In this document: positions 1-13,400 of the stretch, piece after piece
How positions within the stretch are numbered: the stretch's first letter is position 1
Layout of the letters: each line of letters opens with the position of its first letter
Assembly: GCF_963921235.1 (NCBI RefSeq)
Contig: NC_086097.1
Span: forward strand, 155,560,001-155,624,000
DNA length: 64,000 nt
From: Mobula hypostoma
Lineage: Eukaryota
Direction of reading: 5' to 3'
The notes under the pieces: generated by a model
Database searches by the model: none
Told to the model about the DNA's origin: nothing
Seen by the model: the letters and a program-made list of their open reading frames with translations, nothing else
Program-made: the position numbers and the translations under genes

Positions 1-279
1 CTTTATGTCAAACTTCAAAACCATTATGCATATACAGAGGCTTCCACAACCCATACGGCATGGCAGGCAGAACGGAAATACACCGCTATATACAAAGCCC
101 ACTGGAAATAAAAAGAACGGAAGTAAAACCCCCCATTATCCTAATTAGTATAAACTTACTTTTAATAATGCTCACATTACAACAGATAGGGATATTGCAG
201 CCAGAAGAGATTAATTAGTTAGCATTTAATTTCTAGTTTAAATAATTAAGAGAGGTTGTACAGCACAGTGAGTTTGTGG

Positions 280-865
280 ATGATGCTAGGACTGGTGGAG
301 TTGTGGATACTGTAGAAAACTGGAAAAGAGTACAGCATAATATACATTTGTAGATCAGTTGCAGATATGAGCTGAGAATAATGTCAAGGATAATATCAAG
401 GCAGATGGAGTTTAACCCAGATTAATGTGAGGTGTTGCATCTTCCTAGGGCAAATGCAAGGAGACAGTACACTGTTAAGGGCAAGATCCTTAACAGTATT
501 GCTGAGCAGAGAGATTTTGGAATCCAAGTTCATAGCTTGTTGAAAGTGGCTAAACAGTTCAGTAAGATGGTTAAGAAGGCTTATGGGATGCCTGCTTCGA
601 AATTATTCGAAACACTGAGTTCAAATGTCAGGAGGTTATGTTGTAACTTTATAAAGCCCTGGTTAGGCCACTTCAGGAGTATTGCATACAGTTCTGGTCA
701 CCTCACCATAGGAAGGATGATGAGGCTTCAGAGACTCTGCAGAAGAGGTTTTCCACAATGCTGACTGGTTTAGAGGGCATGTGCTATCATGAGAAGCTGG
801 ATAAACTTGGATAGTGTTTTCTGGAGCGCCGGAGGCTGATAGCAGATCTGATAGAGGTTTACTTA
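280..865 (+). mobile_element. Degraded CR1 LINE, C-terminal reverse transcriptase fragment
   Basis: Frameshifted CR1 ORF2 motifs: 'tttgtggatgatgct' (FxDD), 'cagatggagtttaac' (QMEFN), EQRDFGIQVHSLLKV (ORF 432-764), ...LERRRL. Confidence 0.85.
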
Positions 866-869
866 ATTA

Positions 870-1010
870 TTTTAGTATCTTCCCATTTTCTTTCCAGTCC
901 TGATAGACTGTCTAATCATTTTGATAGATGCTGCCTGACCTGCTGAGTTCCTCCAGCATTTTGTGTGTATTGCTCTGATATCCGCATCTATAGAAACTTT
1001 TGTGTTAACA
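870..1010 (+). mobile_element. Penelope pLTR-derived short fragment
   Basis: 'atagatgctgcctgacctgctgagttcctccagcattttgtgtgtattgc' matches the pLTR tail at 31750-31790 and 15580-15670. Confidence 0.7.
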
Positions 1011-1314
1011 TTTCTCAGCCAGTGTTTCGATTTGAACCCATGTTACAGTTGAAGGTGTTAGTGTTGTCTTCCCCCTCACTGTCTCAGGTTTCAGCCCCAT
1101 GTGGAACATGCCCTTCCAGTTCAACATGTCTGTGCCCAAGACGTCACCCCTTTAAAACTAGGAGCAGAGGGAAGAGTGGGTGGTGGGGATGAATGGGTAG
1201 AATACCTGTTCTGCAAGACCCAGACCATCCCACAGAGGTTCACTGAGACCCACCTTTTGAGGTCATTGGAATGGTTCATTTGTTCTGTCACATCCTCTAC
1301 TCTCCCCGACCCAG

Positions 1315-1880
1315 GGAAGCTTGCTTTTAAAGCACAAGAGTACAACAGCAAAGATGTGATGCTGAGATCTTGTAAGGTATTTCTCAGACTATGCTTGGAG
1401 TATTGCGAGCAGTTTCGTGTACCCCTCCCCGTCCAAGAAAAATGTGCTGGCATTGGAGAGTGTCCAGACAAAGTTCATGAGAAAATTCCACAAGTTAAAT
1501 GGTTAACATATGAGGAACGTTTAAAGGCTCTGGGCCTGTACTTGCTGGAGTTTAGAAGAATGAGAAAAAAACCTTTTGAAATCTATTAAATATTGAAAGG
1601 ACTAGATGGAGTGGTTGTGGAAAGGGTATTTCCTAAAGTTGGATAGTCTAGCACTAGAGGAACAGAGCTGAGGAGGAATTTTGTCAGCCAAAGGGTGGTG
1701 CATCTGTGGAATTCATTGCTTTGGACAGCTGGGGAATCCAAATTATTAGGGTTATTTAAAGCAGAGTTTGGTAAGTTCTTGATTAATAACTGTTTCAAAT
1801 GTTACAGGGAAAAGTCAGGAGAATGGGATTGAGAGAGATAATAAATCTGCCATGATGGAAGAGCAGAGGTTACATGATAG
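1315..1880 (+). mobile_element. Degraded CR1 LINE 3' end
   Basis: YNSKDVMLR..LEYCEQF..TYEERLKALGLYLLEFRRMR (ORF 1101-1589), followed by 'agggtggtgcatctgtggaattcattgc' and a CR1-type 3' UTR. Confidence 0.85.
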
Positions 1881-2759
1881 GACAAATAGATATGACATCA
1901 ATACATGGTTCTGACAAGGTGTCAAAGTGAAGATGGACTGTGACACCATAAACCCTGCCACCAAGGCCACAAGGTTATTCTTGCTCTGGTGTAAGTGAGA
2001 TGACCAGTCTGCTGGCCCTGAGTGATGTGTCCTAACTCCTTCCCAACAACACATGTTACTCTGGTACTGCCCAGGTTCCCTTTCTGGGTCCTGCTAACCC
2101 TGATCCCACAGACCAGCAAACAACAGGTCTTCCTCACCCCCTGCCTCCCACTCCAACTGTTTCAGCAGCATCCCAAGTCCTCTACAAGGACCAGGGGAAC
2201 TGTCCCAGTGTCCCACATTTCACCATGGAAAAGAACATGGGAACTTCCACATCTAGCCAGGGGTTGGAGGGTGGGGCCTCCACTCTTGGCCAGGGAGGAG
2301 AGGACAGAAAGCCAATTCTGGCTGCAGAGGAAGTGTGGGGCCACCACACCTGGCTGTGAAGGATATGGGATCATCATATCTGTACAGGGAGGACAGGGCC
2401 CACTACATCCGGGTGGAGAAGAGAGGATGTGCACTCTATATCTTGCTGAGGGATTATTCACAAATCTGGCTGTGGAGAAGAGGGTGGAGCCTCCATATCT
2501 GTCTCTGATGACTGTGGCATCCCCTCAGTTTTGATCAACGCTATCACCTCCAGCTAGGCGACACGGGACTGCTCTCCTGAAACCCACATTACACATATTT
2601 CTCCTGGTGAGGGCAGCACCTGCGTACCTATGAAAACTCCACACAGCTGCGTGATGCTTGTAATGGTGGAGCAGCTGGCACAGGTCCGAGTCCGTGCCTT
2701 GTTGAATGACATTTGTCTTTTCTCCCACTGATAGAACCTGCAATTAATCTTTTCGGCAT

Positions 2760-4085
2760 CCTACAAATTAATCTTTAGGGAATCCGAGGTCGCTTTGCAC
2801 CTCAGACTTTTCAGTTTTATCCCAGTTTAGAAAAATAGTCTGTGATTATATTCCTTCTATCAAAGTGGTTCAACATACAATTCTTGTCACTGTATTCCAT
2901 TTGCCACTTCCTTGCTCATCCTCTTAATCCGTCCAAGTTCTTCTTCAACTTCCTAAGCACTACTTGCAACCCCCCACCTATCATATGGTCCACAAACTTG
3001 GCCACAAAGCCATCAATTCCATAATTGACTTACAACATAAAAAGAAGTGGTCCCTACACTGCAGAACAACACTAATCAACAGCAGCCAATTGGAAAAGGC
3101 TCCCTTTGTTCCCACACTTTTCCTCCTGCCTATCAGCCAATGCTCTCTCAATGCTACTGTAGTATCTTTCCTGCAATACCATGGGCACTTATCTTGTTAA
3201 GCAACTTCATGTGCAGCACCTTTTCAAAGGCCTTCCAACATCCACCATTTCTCCTTTGTTTTTCCTGCTTGTTATTTCCTCTGGGAATTCTAACACATTT
3301 GTCAGGCAAGAATTTCCCTTCAGGAAATCATGCTGACTTTGGTCTATTGTATTATGTACTTCCAAGTACCCTAAAACCACATCCTTAATAATTGATTCTA
3401 CCATCTTCCCAACCACTGAGGTTAGGCTACCTGACATGTAATTTTCTTTTTTCAGTCTCCCTCCCTTCTTGATGACATTTGTAAGTTTACAGTCCCCAGG
3501 AACCATTCCTGAATCTAGTGATTTTTGAATAATCATTACTAATGCCTCCACAATCTCCTTAGCTACCTCTTTCGGGATCCTGGGGTTTAGTCCATTTCGT
3601 CCAGGTGATTTATCTGCCTTCAAACCTTTCAGTTTTCCAAGCACCATCTTCCTTGTAATAGCAACTACATTCGCTTCTGCCCTCTGACACTCTCGAACTA
3701 CTGGCATACTGCTTGTGTTTTCCGTTATGAAGACTAATGCAAAAAACTTATTCAGTTCATCCGACACTTCTGTATTCTCCCCCCCCCCAGCTATTACCAC
3801 TTCTCCAGCATCATCTTCCAGTGGTGTAATATGTGCTCTTGCCTCTTTTTACTCTTTATATGTCCGAAAAAATGTTGAATATTCTCTTTGATATTGTTGG
3901 CCAGCTTACTTTCATATTTTATCTTTTCCCTCCTTATTGCATTTTTAGTTGCCTTCAGTTTGCTTTTAAAAGTTTCCCAGTTCTCTAACCTCCCACAAAT
4001 TTTTTCTCTTTTTTTCACCCTCTCTTTTGCTTTTCGGTTGACTTTAACTTCCCGTCAGCCATGGTTGAGATGTCTTACCTTTAGA
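2760..4085 (-). mobile_element. Degraded CR1 LINE ORF2 (EN-RT linker and RT N-terminus)
   Basis: ORF 3207-3800: LKADKSPG..LKKENY..SLTSVVGKMVESIIK..SQHDFLKGNSCLTNVLEF; ORF 3794-4018 is the linker region. Confidence 0.9.
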
Positions 4086-4086
4086 G

Positions 4087-4665
4087 TAACCATATAACAA
4101 TTACAGCATGGAAACAGGCCATCTCAGCCCTTCTAGTCCGTGCCGAACTCCTACCCTGTCCTAGTCCCACCGACCTGCACTCAGCCCATAACCCTCCATT
4201 CCTTTCCTGTCCATATATCTATCCAATTTAACTTTAAATGACAACATAGAACCTGCCTCAACCACTTCTGCTGGAAGCTCATTCCACACAGCTACCACTC
4301 TCTGAGTAAAGAAGTTCCCCCTCATGTTACCTCTAAACTTTTGTCCTCTATTCTTCAACCCATGTCCTCTTGTTTGAATCTTCCCCACTCTCAATGGAAA
4401 AAGTCTAACCACGTCAACTCTATCCATCCCCCTCATAATTTTAAACGCCTCTATCAAGTCCTCCCTTAACCTTCTACGCTCCAAAGAATAAAGACCTAAC
4501 TTGTTCAACCTTTCTCTGTAACTTAGGAGATGAAACCCAGGCAACATTTTAGTAAACCTCCTCTGTATTCTCTCAATTTCATTGACATCTTTCCTATAAT
4601 TCGGTGACCAGAACTGTACACAATACTCCAGATTTGGCCTTACCAATGCCTTATACAAATTCAAC
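4087..4665 (-). mobile_element. Young 5'-truncated CR1 LINE (ORF2 C-terminus and 3' tail) inserted in an older CR1
   Basis: ORF 4161-4691: LYKALVRPNLEYCVQFWSP..GNFFTQRVVAVWNELP..GYG; near-identical to 39352-39940; tail reads 'aaccatataac' on +. Confidence 0.93.
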
Positions 4666-4849
4666 TTATTTTTTACACTTATTCTTTGCAATGTACCTAT
4701 CCTGTGCCTTTCGAATTGCTCCCAGAAACTCTGTCTAACATCATCCCTGCTAGTGTAGTTTCCAGTTAAATTTGGCCAGCTCCTCTTTCATGCCTCTGTA
4801 ATTGTCTTTACTCTATTGCAATGCTGAGCCATCAGTCTTTTGCTTCTCC

Positions 4850-5750
4850 CTCTCACAATATTGAGACTGCACACAATATTCCAAGTGTGATCTCATGAAT
4901 GCCTTATAGAGTCTCAACATCACATCCCTGCTCTTATATTCTATACCTCTAGATATGAATGCCAACATTGCATTCGCCTTCTTCACCACCAACTCAATCT
5001 GGCGGTTACCCTTTAGGGTATCGTCCACAAGGACTCCCAAGTCCCTTTGCATCTCTCCATTTTGAATTCTCTCCCCATCTAAATAATAGTCTGCCTGTTT
5101 ATTTCTTCCACCAAAGTGCATGACCATGCACTTTCCAACATTGTATTTCATTTGCCATTTCTTTGACCTTTCTCCTAAACTATCTAAGTCTCTCTGTAGG
5201 CTCTCTGTTTCTTCAACACCACCCACATCGACAAATTAAACCTCAAATCCATTAATCCCATAGTCCAAATCATTGACATACATCCTAAAAACCAGCGGTC
5301 CCAACACCGACCCCTGTGGAGCTCCACTGGTAACCAGCAGCCAGCCGGAATAGGATCCCTTTATTCCTACTCTCTGTTTTCCGCCAATCAGCCAATGCTC
5401 CACCCATGCTAGTAACTTCCCTGTAATTCCATGAGCTCTTATCTTGCTAAGCAGCCTCATGTGTGGCACCTTGTCAAAGGCCTTCTGAAAATCCAAGTAC
5501 ACCACATCAACTACATCTCCTTTGTCTACCCTGCTTGGAATTTCTTCAAAAAATGCAGTAGGTTAGTCAGGCTGGATTTTCCTTCCAGAAAACCATGCTG
5601 GCTTTGGTCTATCTTGTCATATGTCTCCAGGGTACTCCATAATCTCATCCCTAACAATCGATTCCAACAACTGCTCAACCACTGATGTCAAGCTAACAGG
5701 TCTATAGTTTCCTTTCTGCTGCGTCCCTCCCTTCTTAAATAGCAGAGTAA
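4850..5750 (-). mobile_element. CR1 LINE RT core fragment
   Basis: [53 protein letters not shown] in ORFs 4813-5814. Confidence 0.92.
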
Positions 5751-6274
5751 CAGAGTAAGTATTCTCGTAAATATCCTTTGCACTTTCTCCAAAGCTTCCA
5801 CATCCTTCCCACAATGAGGTGACCAGACCTGAACACAGTATTCCAAGTGTGTTCCAGCCAGATGTATTAAGTGTTCATCCTGTGCTCTGTGAAAGTCTCA
5901 CCACCAGGGCCTTAAATATAACAGAACAGACTGCTGAAGTTTTGATTACACTGTGGGAATACAATCGTGGGAACACAACAGTTCGTTGAATACAGGAGTG
6001 GGACTCATGAAGAATGGTGAAAAGTGATGATTGGTTCTGCTTTGGTAGTTTGTGCTAGTGCTGAGGTACTTGTTCACTTACTGCAGCATTTCACGTCAGT
6101 GGAATGGGTATAGAAGTAGAGTGATTGGGAAGTTAAGGGTAGTTCTGGGACTGATTGTGAACGACACTGCCGATCAGGCAGTGTGGGATGTGTTCTGCAG
6201 TAAACGGGGCTCTTACACACCTAGATAAGTGTTCTAATGCTTCCTATTCTGTCCTGATGTTTGCTATTCTAACT

Positions 6275-6740
6275 GAAGTTTCAAGATTGTTAAATGTCAT
6301 TTCCAGTACACAAGTGTAAAGAAGAACAAAATTATGGTTACTTCGGATCTGATGCAGCACAAAAAAACACAGAAAGATAAGGAACACAATAAATATTGAT
6401 ACATAAGATAACTTGCATGCAGAGATAGATTGTATGCCCATCACATGATGCTTGGCACCAGAGTGTTTGTACATAAGGTGACTCTGCCAAGAAATGATAA
6501 AGTAGTGTTGGTGGTTGGTGTAGAGGTGTGGGGTAATGGGTGGAGGTGCTGATCACCCTTTCTGCTTGCGGAAAGTCACTGTTTTTGAATCTGGTAGTGC
6601 TAACATGGCTGCTATGTAGCCTCCTCCCTGATAGGAGAGGGGGAAACAGTCTATGAGCGGGGGGGGGTGTGTTCCTTCATATGTTACTGGCCCTTTTCCA
6701 GCACCTTTCTGAATATATGTCCTTGAAGGCCATGATGTAT
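6275..6740 (-). mobile_element. Rex1/Babar-like LINE 3' fragment
   Basis: Reverse-complement homology to the 3' region of the element at 53300-53560 plus 55180-55350 ('ttgaaatcttgaa'-type tail, 'gtgctgcatcagatcc'). Confidence 0.6.
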
Positions 6741-7084
6741 TGGGCAGTTTTGACAGTTTTGAAGTCCCATTTCTTTCAGCCTTTCCTCATAAAACACGCA
6801 TCCTAATCTGGGCAGCATCCTAGTAAATCTCTGCACCCTATCTGTATATCTTCATCTATTTTATGTGATACTTGTAGAACACAGAATCTCCCCCACCCCC
6901 CAGGGTGACCAATGCAGAGTGCCAGAGATCCTGGTCCAATCGTGACCACAGGTGCTGTTTGTGAAGGACTTGGATCTCAGGGATGAAGCGTTCACTCTGT
7001 TACTGTCCGCAAAGATGCTGCCTGATCCCCTGAGTATTTCTGGCATTTCCTGTTTTTATCTCAGGTTTCCAGCTTCTGCATTTT

Positions 7085-7435
7085 AATAAATCCCACCCCT
7101 CTTCCTCTATTCCTCACTCTGACCTTTTACTTCTTCTCACCTGCTTATTTCTTCCCCCTGGATCCAAGCATGCTTCCTCCCTTCCTCCTCTGGTCCACTC
7201 TCCTTTCCTATTGATGCTTTCTTCTCCAGCCCCTGACCTTTCCCAAACACCTGGCTTTACTTATCACCTTCCTGCTAGTCTTCTTCCCCTCCCTCCACCT
7301 TTTTATTTTGGCATCTTCTCCCTTCATTCTCAGTCCTGAAGAACAGCCTTGGGCCGAAATGTCAACTGTTTATTCATTTCCGCAGATGCTACCTGAATTG
7401 CTGAGTTCCTCCAGCAACTTGTGTGTGTTGCTTTG
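7085..7435 (+). mobile_element. Penelope pLTR-derived element with degenerate hammerhead motif
   Basis: Pyrimidine-rich body, then 'cagtcctgaagaacagccttgggccgaaatgtcaactg' and the pLTR tail; homologous to 42850-43225. Confidence 0.75.
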
Positions 7436-8419
7436 TATTTTTGATAACTTTTTCACGAACCACCACATTCTGTATTGCTACAAGTAATCCTTCTGTTTCT
7501 GGGAAGAGGTCACCAACTCTTGTTGTTTTTTTTTGTGCAGGGAGGGAGATTTGGGGGCTGATGTGCCTGATGCGTTTTGTTCATTTTTTTTTGTGTGGGA
7601 TAAGGGATTTGGGAGTTGATGTGCCTGTTGGGTTTTTGTTTGTTTTTTTTTGTGGGGAGGTGGGATTTTGAAGGTTATGATCATCCTGTCTTTATTTTCT
7701 TTCTTGATTTCACAGCCACCCAGAAAATTGAAGAATTTCAGAATTGTATACTTTGATAATAAATGAACCTTTGAATTCTGAACCAGACATTCAACATTTC
7801 CTTGTCAATATTGAGTCTGCTCAGATCATGGGGGATGTCTTCTATGGAGAGTCATGCTCTTCCATTGACTAACTTTTTCTTGCGTAATGATTATTTTTTC
7901 ATTTTTCTGGGTTGTGCTTTCATTTAAGTTTAATGGTGTGAAGAACATGAATGAGCATTCAATTAAACAAGAGGCCACAAAATTTAGAAAATATTAAAAT
8001 TTGGAACCACTTAAAATTCTTTCGAACACATTAGGATCAATAGAACCTAAGTTATCACTTTATTAAGATAATTGAACTTTTAAGGAATGATAAGCCAGGC
8101 CAATATTTTTTTCTTTATTCATTGAAAGCAATTAGAAACATCGTCTCTGTGCTGGAGGTGGAATTCTGTGTCAGCTCCCCCCTATAAATAGTGGGCAACT
8201 ATCCCAAGTTCACACTCACTCATTAAACTCAATATCAAGTTCAATGTTGGAACACAGCCTGAGGATCAGTGGTAAATCTCAGTCAACAACTTTGAGATTT
8301 CCACCTTCAGGTACACTTGTATAGAATTATCAGAATGCTGCCTCTTTTACAAAGCAATGACAACGAATGCCAACATGCATGTTAGAGGTAAAAGTCCAGG
8401 AATGCTCTGTGGCAGAGTG

Positions 8420-8745
8420 CTAATACCACTATTCAGAGGGCCCTGAATAGTATCTAAAGTGGTATACTTATTAATGAGAGGAATGGCCACATAAGTACTT
8501 TGCACTGGCTGTGCTTTTCCCCTCCTTCTCCTGACAGACACACGGTTACCTGCCTCCTGCAACCTAGCAGTGACTACCTCCCTGTCGCTCTTATCTATCA
8601 CCTCCTCATTCTCCCGTATGAGCTGGAGGTTGTTGAGGGGCCGCTCCAGTTCTTTAATCTGTTCTCTGAGGAGCTGCAGCTCAGTGCACCTGGTGCTGAT
8701 GTGGTGACTGGGGAGGCCAGATGTCTCCCCGGCTGCGTTTATATC
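8420..8745 (-). mobile_element. CR1 ORF1 fragment (zinc finger/leucine zipper region)
   Basis: ORF 8347-8793: TRCTELQLLREQIKELERPLNNLQLIRENEEVIDKSDREVVT..IPLINKYTTLDT resembles CR1 ORF1. Confidence 0.75.
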
Positions 8746-9945
8746 TGACGGAATAAATGTCACAGTTAGGCAGATATTCTGTATGTTACTCAAGTTCAGG
8801 AAAAGAACTCCTACACCTCTTCATCACTCTCTGCATGTGCTACTTTGCAGGTTTTACTGTGAATAATTCCTGTGTGGTGTTCCATAATGGCAGTCATCTC
8901 CTGTTGGTTAACATATGCTTTGAGCTGAAGAAGAATGTTAAGTATATGCAGAGCTAACAGTATGAATTTGGACACCATCAGGAGTAAAATGCACAATTTT
9001 CTGAAGTCACGCCAGACAGGATGACTACATGCCAACTGGATTATTTGATATGAAATGTATCCAACAATTAATCCTGGTGCCCTGTGCCAGGAAAGTGAAA
9101 AACTAGATTGCATGCCTGATATTTAATAGTGATCTGAGGATAAAAATCAATTATTACACAGTGATACAGATCTGATTTCACATGCAAAAAATGATTTGAT
9201 GCATTATTACCTTTGAACAGATGGTTTGACATTAAGTGCTAGTCAGTGCTTTTGGAGGAGAATTAGAGTGGAATGGAGGACAACAGAAACAATATGTGAT
9301 AAATGGAAGACCAAATGCTACATTTATTCTCTTTCATAATAATTAGGAGCAAGAGTGGACATTTAAGCACCTCAAGAATGCTCTACCTTTATCAAGTTCA
9401 AGTTGACTTTTTCCTCTTTGCCTTTTCCTGCACTATATTCATATCCCTTGATTTAATTAATATCCAAGATCTGTCAGACTCTGAGCGGATTCTTTGACTG
9501 AGCCTCTATAGTTCTCTGGGATTGAGAATTCTAAAGATTCATCACCCTTTGACTGAAGATATTTCTCTTCGTCTTGGCTCTAAATGGCATATCCATTATT
9601 CTGAAACTGTGAGACCAAGTAAGAATCCTTCCTGCATCCACCCTGTCATGTAGCGTAAGAAGCTTTTTTGTTTCAGTGAGATAGAACATAGAACAGTACA
9701 GCACTGAACCGATATCTGTGCTGACCATGATGCCAAGTTAAACAATCTATCTGCACATGGCCTCTGTTGCCTGTATGTTCATGTGTCTATCTAAATCCCT
9801 CTGAAGTCCTAATGTGGGAGTCACAGTGCAACGTTGACAATTCCTTTCCCACCAACATCCTGTTCAACCTGACAAGTTCCTCCAGTAGATTGCCTGTTGT
9901 TCCAGATTGTAGCATCTTGTGTCTCTCTTCCCTAATTATTGTCCT

Positions 9946-10452
9946 CTGGTGGGGGAACATGTTGCGTCCTTTTCAAGGCGGTTAGTCCACCTTTGGTCCC
10001 CACCTGGCACTCAGCTCTCACCTGTGCGACAGCAGCCACACCCCGGGCAACGGCTTCGACAAGCCAGCTAAACCAGGTGAGGGTAGCCGTCGGGTCTCAA
10101 ACCCTCAGTGAGATAGGGAGTTGTCTAGCCCAGCATGTGAAGACAGATTTCCGGCGGATTGAGCGGACGAGACCAATGGAAGGTCCAATGGTCAAGAAGG
10201 CGGTCTCTGTAAGCGTCGTGGAACGTGTAGAGCAGGAGAAGACACAGAAGACGCCCTGGTCATCCACTGTGCCTCGTCCCATCTCCAGCCGTCTCAACTC
10301 TGTCTTGCCACTGGATCCAGATGGGAATTAGGAAGAGAGAGTGAGGCTGACGCTATGCAACTCTCCCTCACTTAAATCCAAATCAATCACTTGTCTCAGC
10401 ACCATCATAATGGTGTCAAGGTCTTCATCGACATTAACGATGGACGAACCAC
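9946..10452 (+). mobile_element. Non-autonomous retroposon (SINE-like, no tRNA head; possibly RTE-derived), longer copy
   Basis: 8-bp direct repeat ATTGTCCT at 9938-9945 and 10453-10460; second homologous copy at 35440-35803. Confidence 0.8.
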
Positions 10453-13400
10453 ATTGTCCTGTTACCTATTATCTATCATTAGCTAATTAACAGCCTCAAA
10501 CCTTCATGTCAGAGAAGCCTTCTGGAATTGTGAGGCAGAAATCCTCCTGGCTATGCCACTGTGACTCCCATAGTAGGAGGCCATTCACCTCATCAGGTCG
10601 ATGCTGGATATCAGAGGAGTTCCATTGATTCCAATCCCCACTTATCATCTTGTAATTTATTCTTTCTCACAGGAACTAAATGTATTTCACATAAAGTCCT
10701 TCTCTTGAATGTGTACATCACTTTTCCATATATTCATAAAAAACAACTGAACAAGTAGGAAATGTATCAATGAATCTTTAAAAATAGAGTATTACTTGCT
10801 GATTTGATTTGACCAAATGACATTTGGCATCTTTTTGAACTTAGGAGTTGCCTAATCCTTTTAAATATAAACTGAATGAAAAATAGTCCTATTCCATGGA
10901 ATAATGTTTGAAATAATCAATATGTGGAGTGTTTCTTTACCACCAATCAAGTTCATCAATCTAATCCCAGATCAAAAACAATGGTGAAAGAAGTGGAGAT
11001 TACTCATTTTAAAGTGAAAGTGATTGCATTATTTATGTGTTCGGTTCCGATAAGAAAGAAAAAGGATTTTTTAAAATTTATGGTCATTTTTGATATTACT
11101 ACTTTCAAATTATTTGAGGTTTTCATGCAGAGAGGGGTATTCATTCACTCATTCACAATTTGATAAAGTGTAATTCTCCTGAATACATGATTACCTTTAT
11201 CTACTGCTGGGCTACAGACAGCTCTACTCTGCACTGCATGCAATAACAAACAAACTTAAAGCACAAAAAGCACCTTAATAATCTCCAGTTCCTATGTAGA
11301 TGCAATTTCCACTGTATTGTATAGTGCTTCATCTTCAGTATGGCTGGCTGTTTTATTGAACAGGTATAGTATTTCACTCCAAAACATGTTAAGCATCTGT
11401 AGTAGAATGAAGTAAGTACTACTAAAGCTTGTAAGAGGCAAGGGTTTTAGTGGTAAGTTAAATCTTATAAAGAGCGAATAGATTGAGATCACAAACAATT
11501 GAACAGATCTCTTTTACTATTTTAATGCTTCACATCATAATTAAGATGTAAAGCAACCTTGATTTAACACCATCAAAAATTAAAGGACTGAATGATTAAT
11601 TCATAGCAATAAAAAGCACAGAAAGAGGCTCTTCTGCCCAGCTCATTCATGCCAACACAGCTGTGTATCCGCACTAATCTCACTTCCCTTTGCTTGACCC
11701 TTATCCCTTTAAGAATTTTCTAATAGAGTGATAGGTGAACTTCTGATCCTATCTACGTTCCCATAGTATCAGTTCATGAGTCATTAGTAAGTGGTCTGTC
11801 AGGTTCTCTGTTTCATGCCACTCTCAGTCAGAGATTCAGCTTTTATTTAAACAATGGTATCCTGACTCATGCCAGATCCATTTTGTCCATCATCCCTGTG
11901 TCACTGATTTTTGTTAGCCTTCATTCATTAGTGTTTTGATTTAGTTCTTTTGATTACATTAGTTCTTTTGATTTCTGTAATCTCCTCCATCCCTGGAAAC
12001 CACGTAATCTGTATTTCATCATTTCCAGCCTTCACTTTCTTCAGCCAATTGATTCCTAAACCGAGAGATTCATCATTTAAGCTCTCCTCTCTACTCTTGT
12101 TTTATGATTAGGCTGCTTCTTTGTCAAATTCTGAATTCCTCCTAGAATATTAAAGATGCACCAGGGAAGAAGGTTATCCTGCCCACACAATGCAAAGGTT
12201 ATCTTTCAGTTTCACTTCACCGTCCTTACCCCAGGATTCTGAAAATTTATTTCTTTTGAGGATTTATCTAACTAACCAGAGGAGGCCTTTATTGAATCAC
12301 CTTCTTCCACTCTTTCAGGCAGAGAATTCCAGATCACATGCAGCAAAACCCTAATCACTACAGTTTAGCAACACTACAACCACTTTGAACTAAAATGGGC
12401 TTGGTTAACTTTTTGTTCTAATTCTTTTTTTCTTGTTATAATTGTATATAATTTTTGTCTACAATTTTTCTTGTAACTGCTGCTTGTATAATGGTATGTG
12501 CCTGCTCCAAGTAAGATTTTCATTGCACCTATGCATACATACACATACGACATTATGCTCAGCTTTGACTTTGCTGCATAAATATAATCTCTTCATCCCA
12601 GTGCAGGCTACTTTGCTAACGACCTTAAATCTAAATTGTTTGGATCACCAATTTCTGTGACTGGGCAACACCCTCCCAGGCTCACTCCTGCTAACTAATT
12701 GCAATAAATAATAATTAATTTTCTTTACTGCCTCATCAGATGAACCTCCAGAAAAGATAACCTGCTTTCTGACCTTAGCTTCAACACTGGACTGATTAGT
12801 GTATTAGTGTAAGGACTGATTAGTGTATTACTGATAAAAGGTGCAAAATTGACAACACTTTTGACAAATGCATTGTCAAATTATGCACTAACGTCCTTTT
12901 GGCTCAGTGAAGCAAAGTATTTTCTATCACCAATATACATTGTGATGTTTTCTCTTTAAGCAGCGAATAAATATTGTGTTATGTGTGAATGTTGAAGGGA
13001 ACTCTTTATTAGTTGGACTTAATTAACAAAAGAATAAAATAAATCAAATCAACAAGTGTTCAAAGTCAAGTTTTTAGAACTGTCAAAAGGTCATGTTGAC
13101 ATTTTTTTCCAATGCAATGAACCTCTAACGCAATTCTTGTACTTGAATTTTGAGCCTGACACTTTCTTTTATGGTTTAACATTTTGGAAATGATTAAACC
13201 AAGAACAGTTAAAGAACCTGCATTGCTTTTACAACTTTATGTAGTCCAAAATTACTCTACAGCCAATAAAATATATTAACAGCTGAATCAGAATCTTAAT
13301 GTAGAAGTCTTGCCACTGCATTGAGTCAACAACAAGTAACCAGATGATCTGCTTTAGTGGTGTTCATTATGGAATAAATATTAGAAGATGCATTGTTCTT

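Noticed and set aside
11011..11022. IRF/ISRE-like motif AAAGTGAAAGTG
   Set aside because: A single short motif in AT-rich DNA with no supported nearby gene.
12789..12830. 24-bp-period local duplication GGACTGATTAGTGTATTA
   Set aside because: Only two copies; ordinary slippage.
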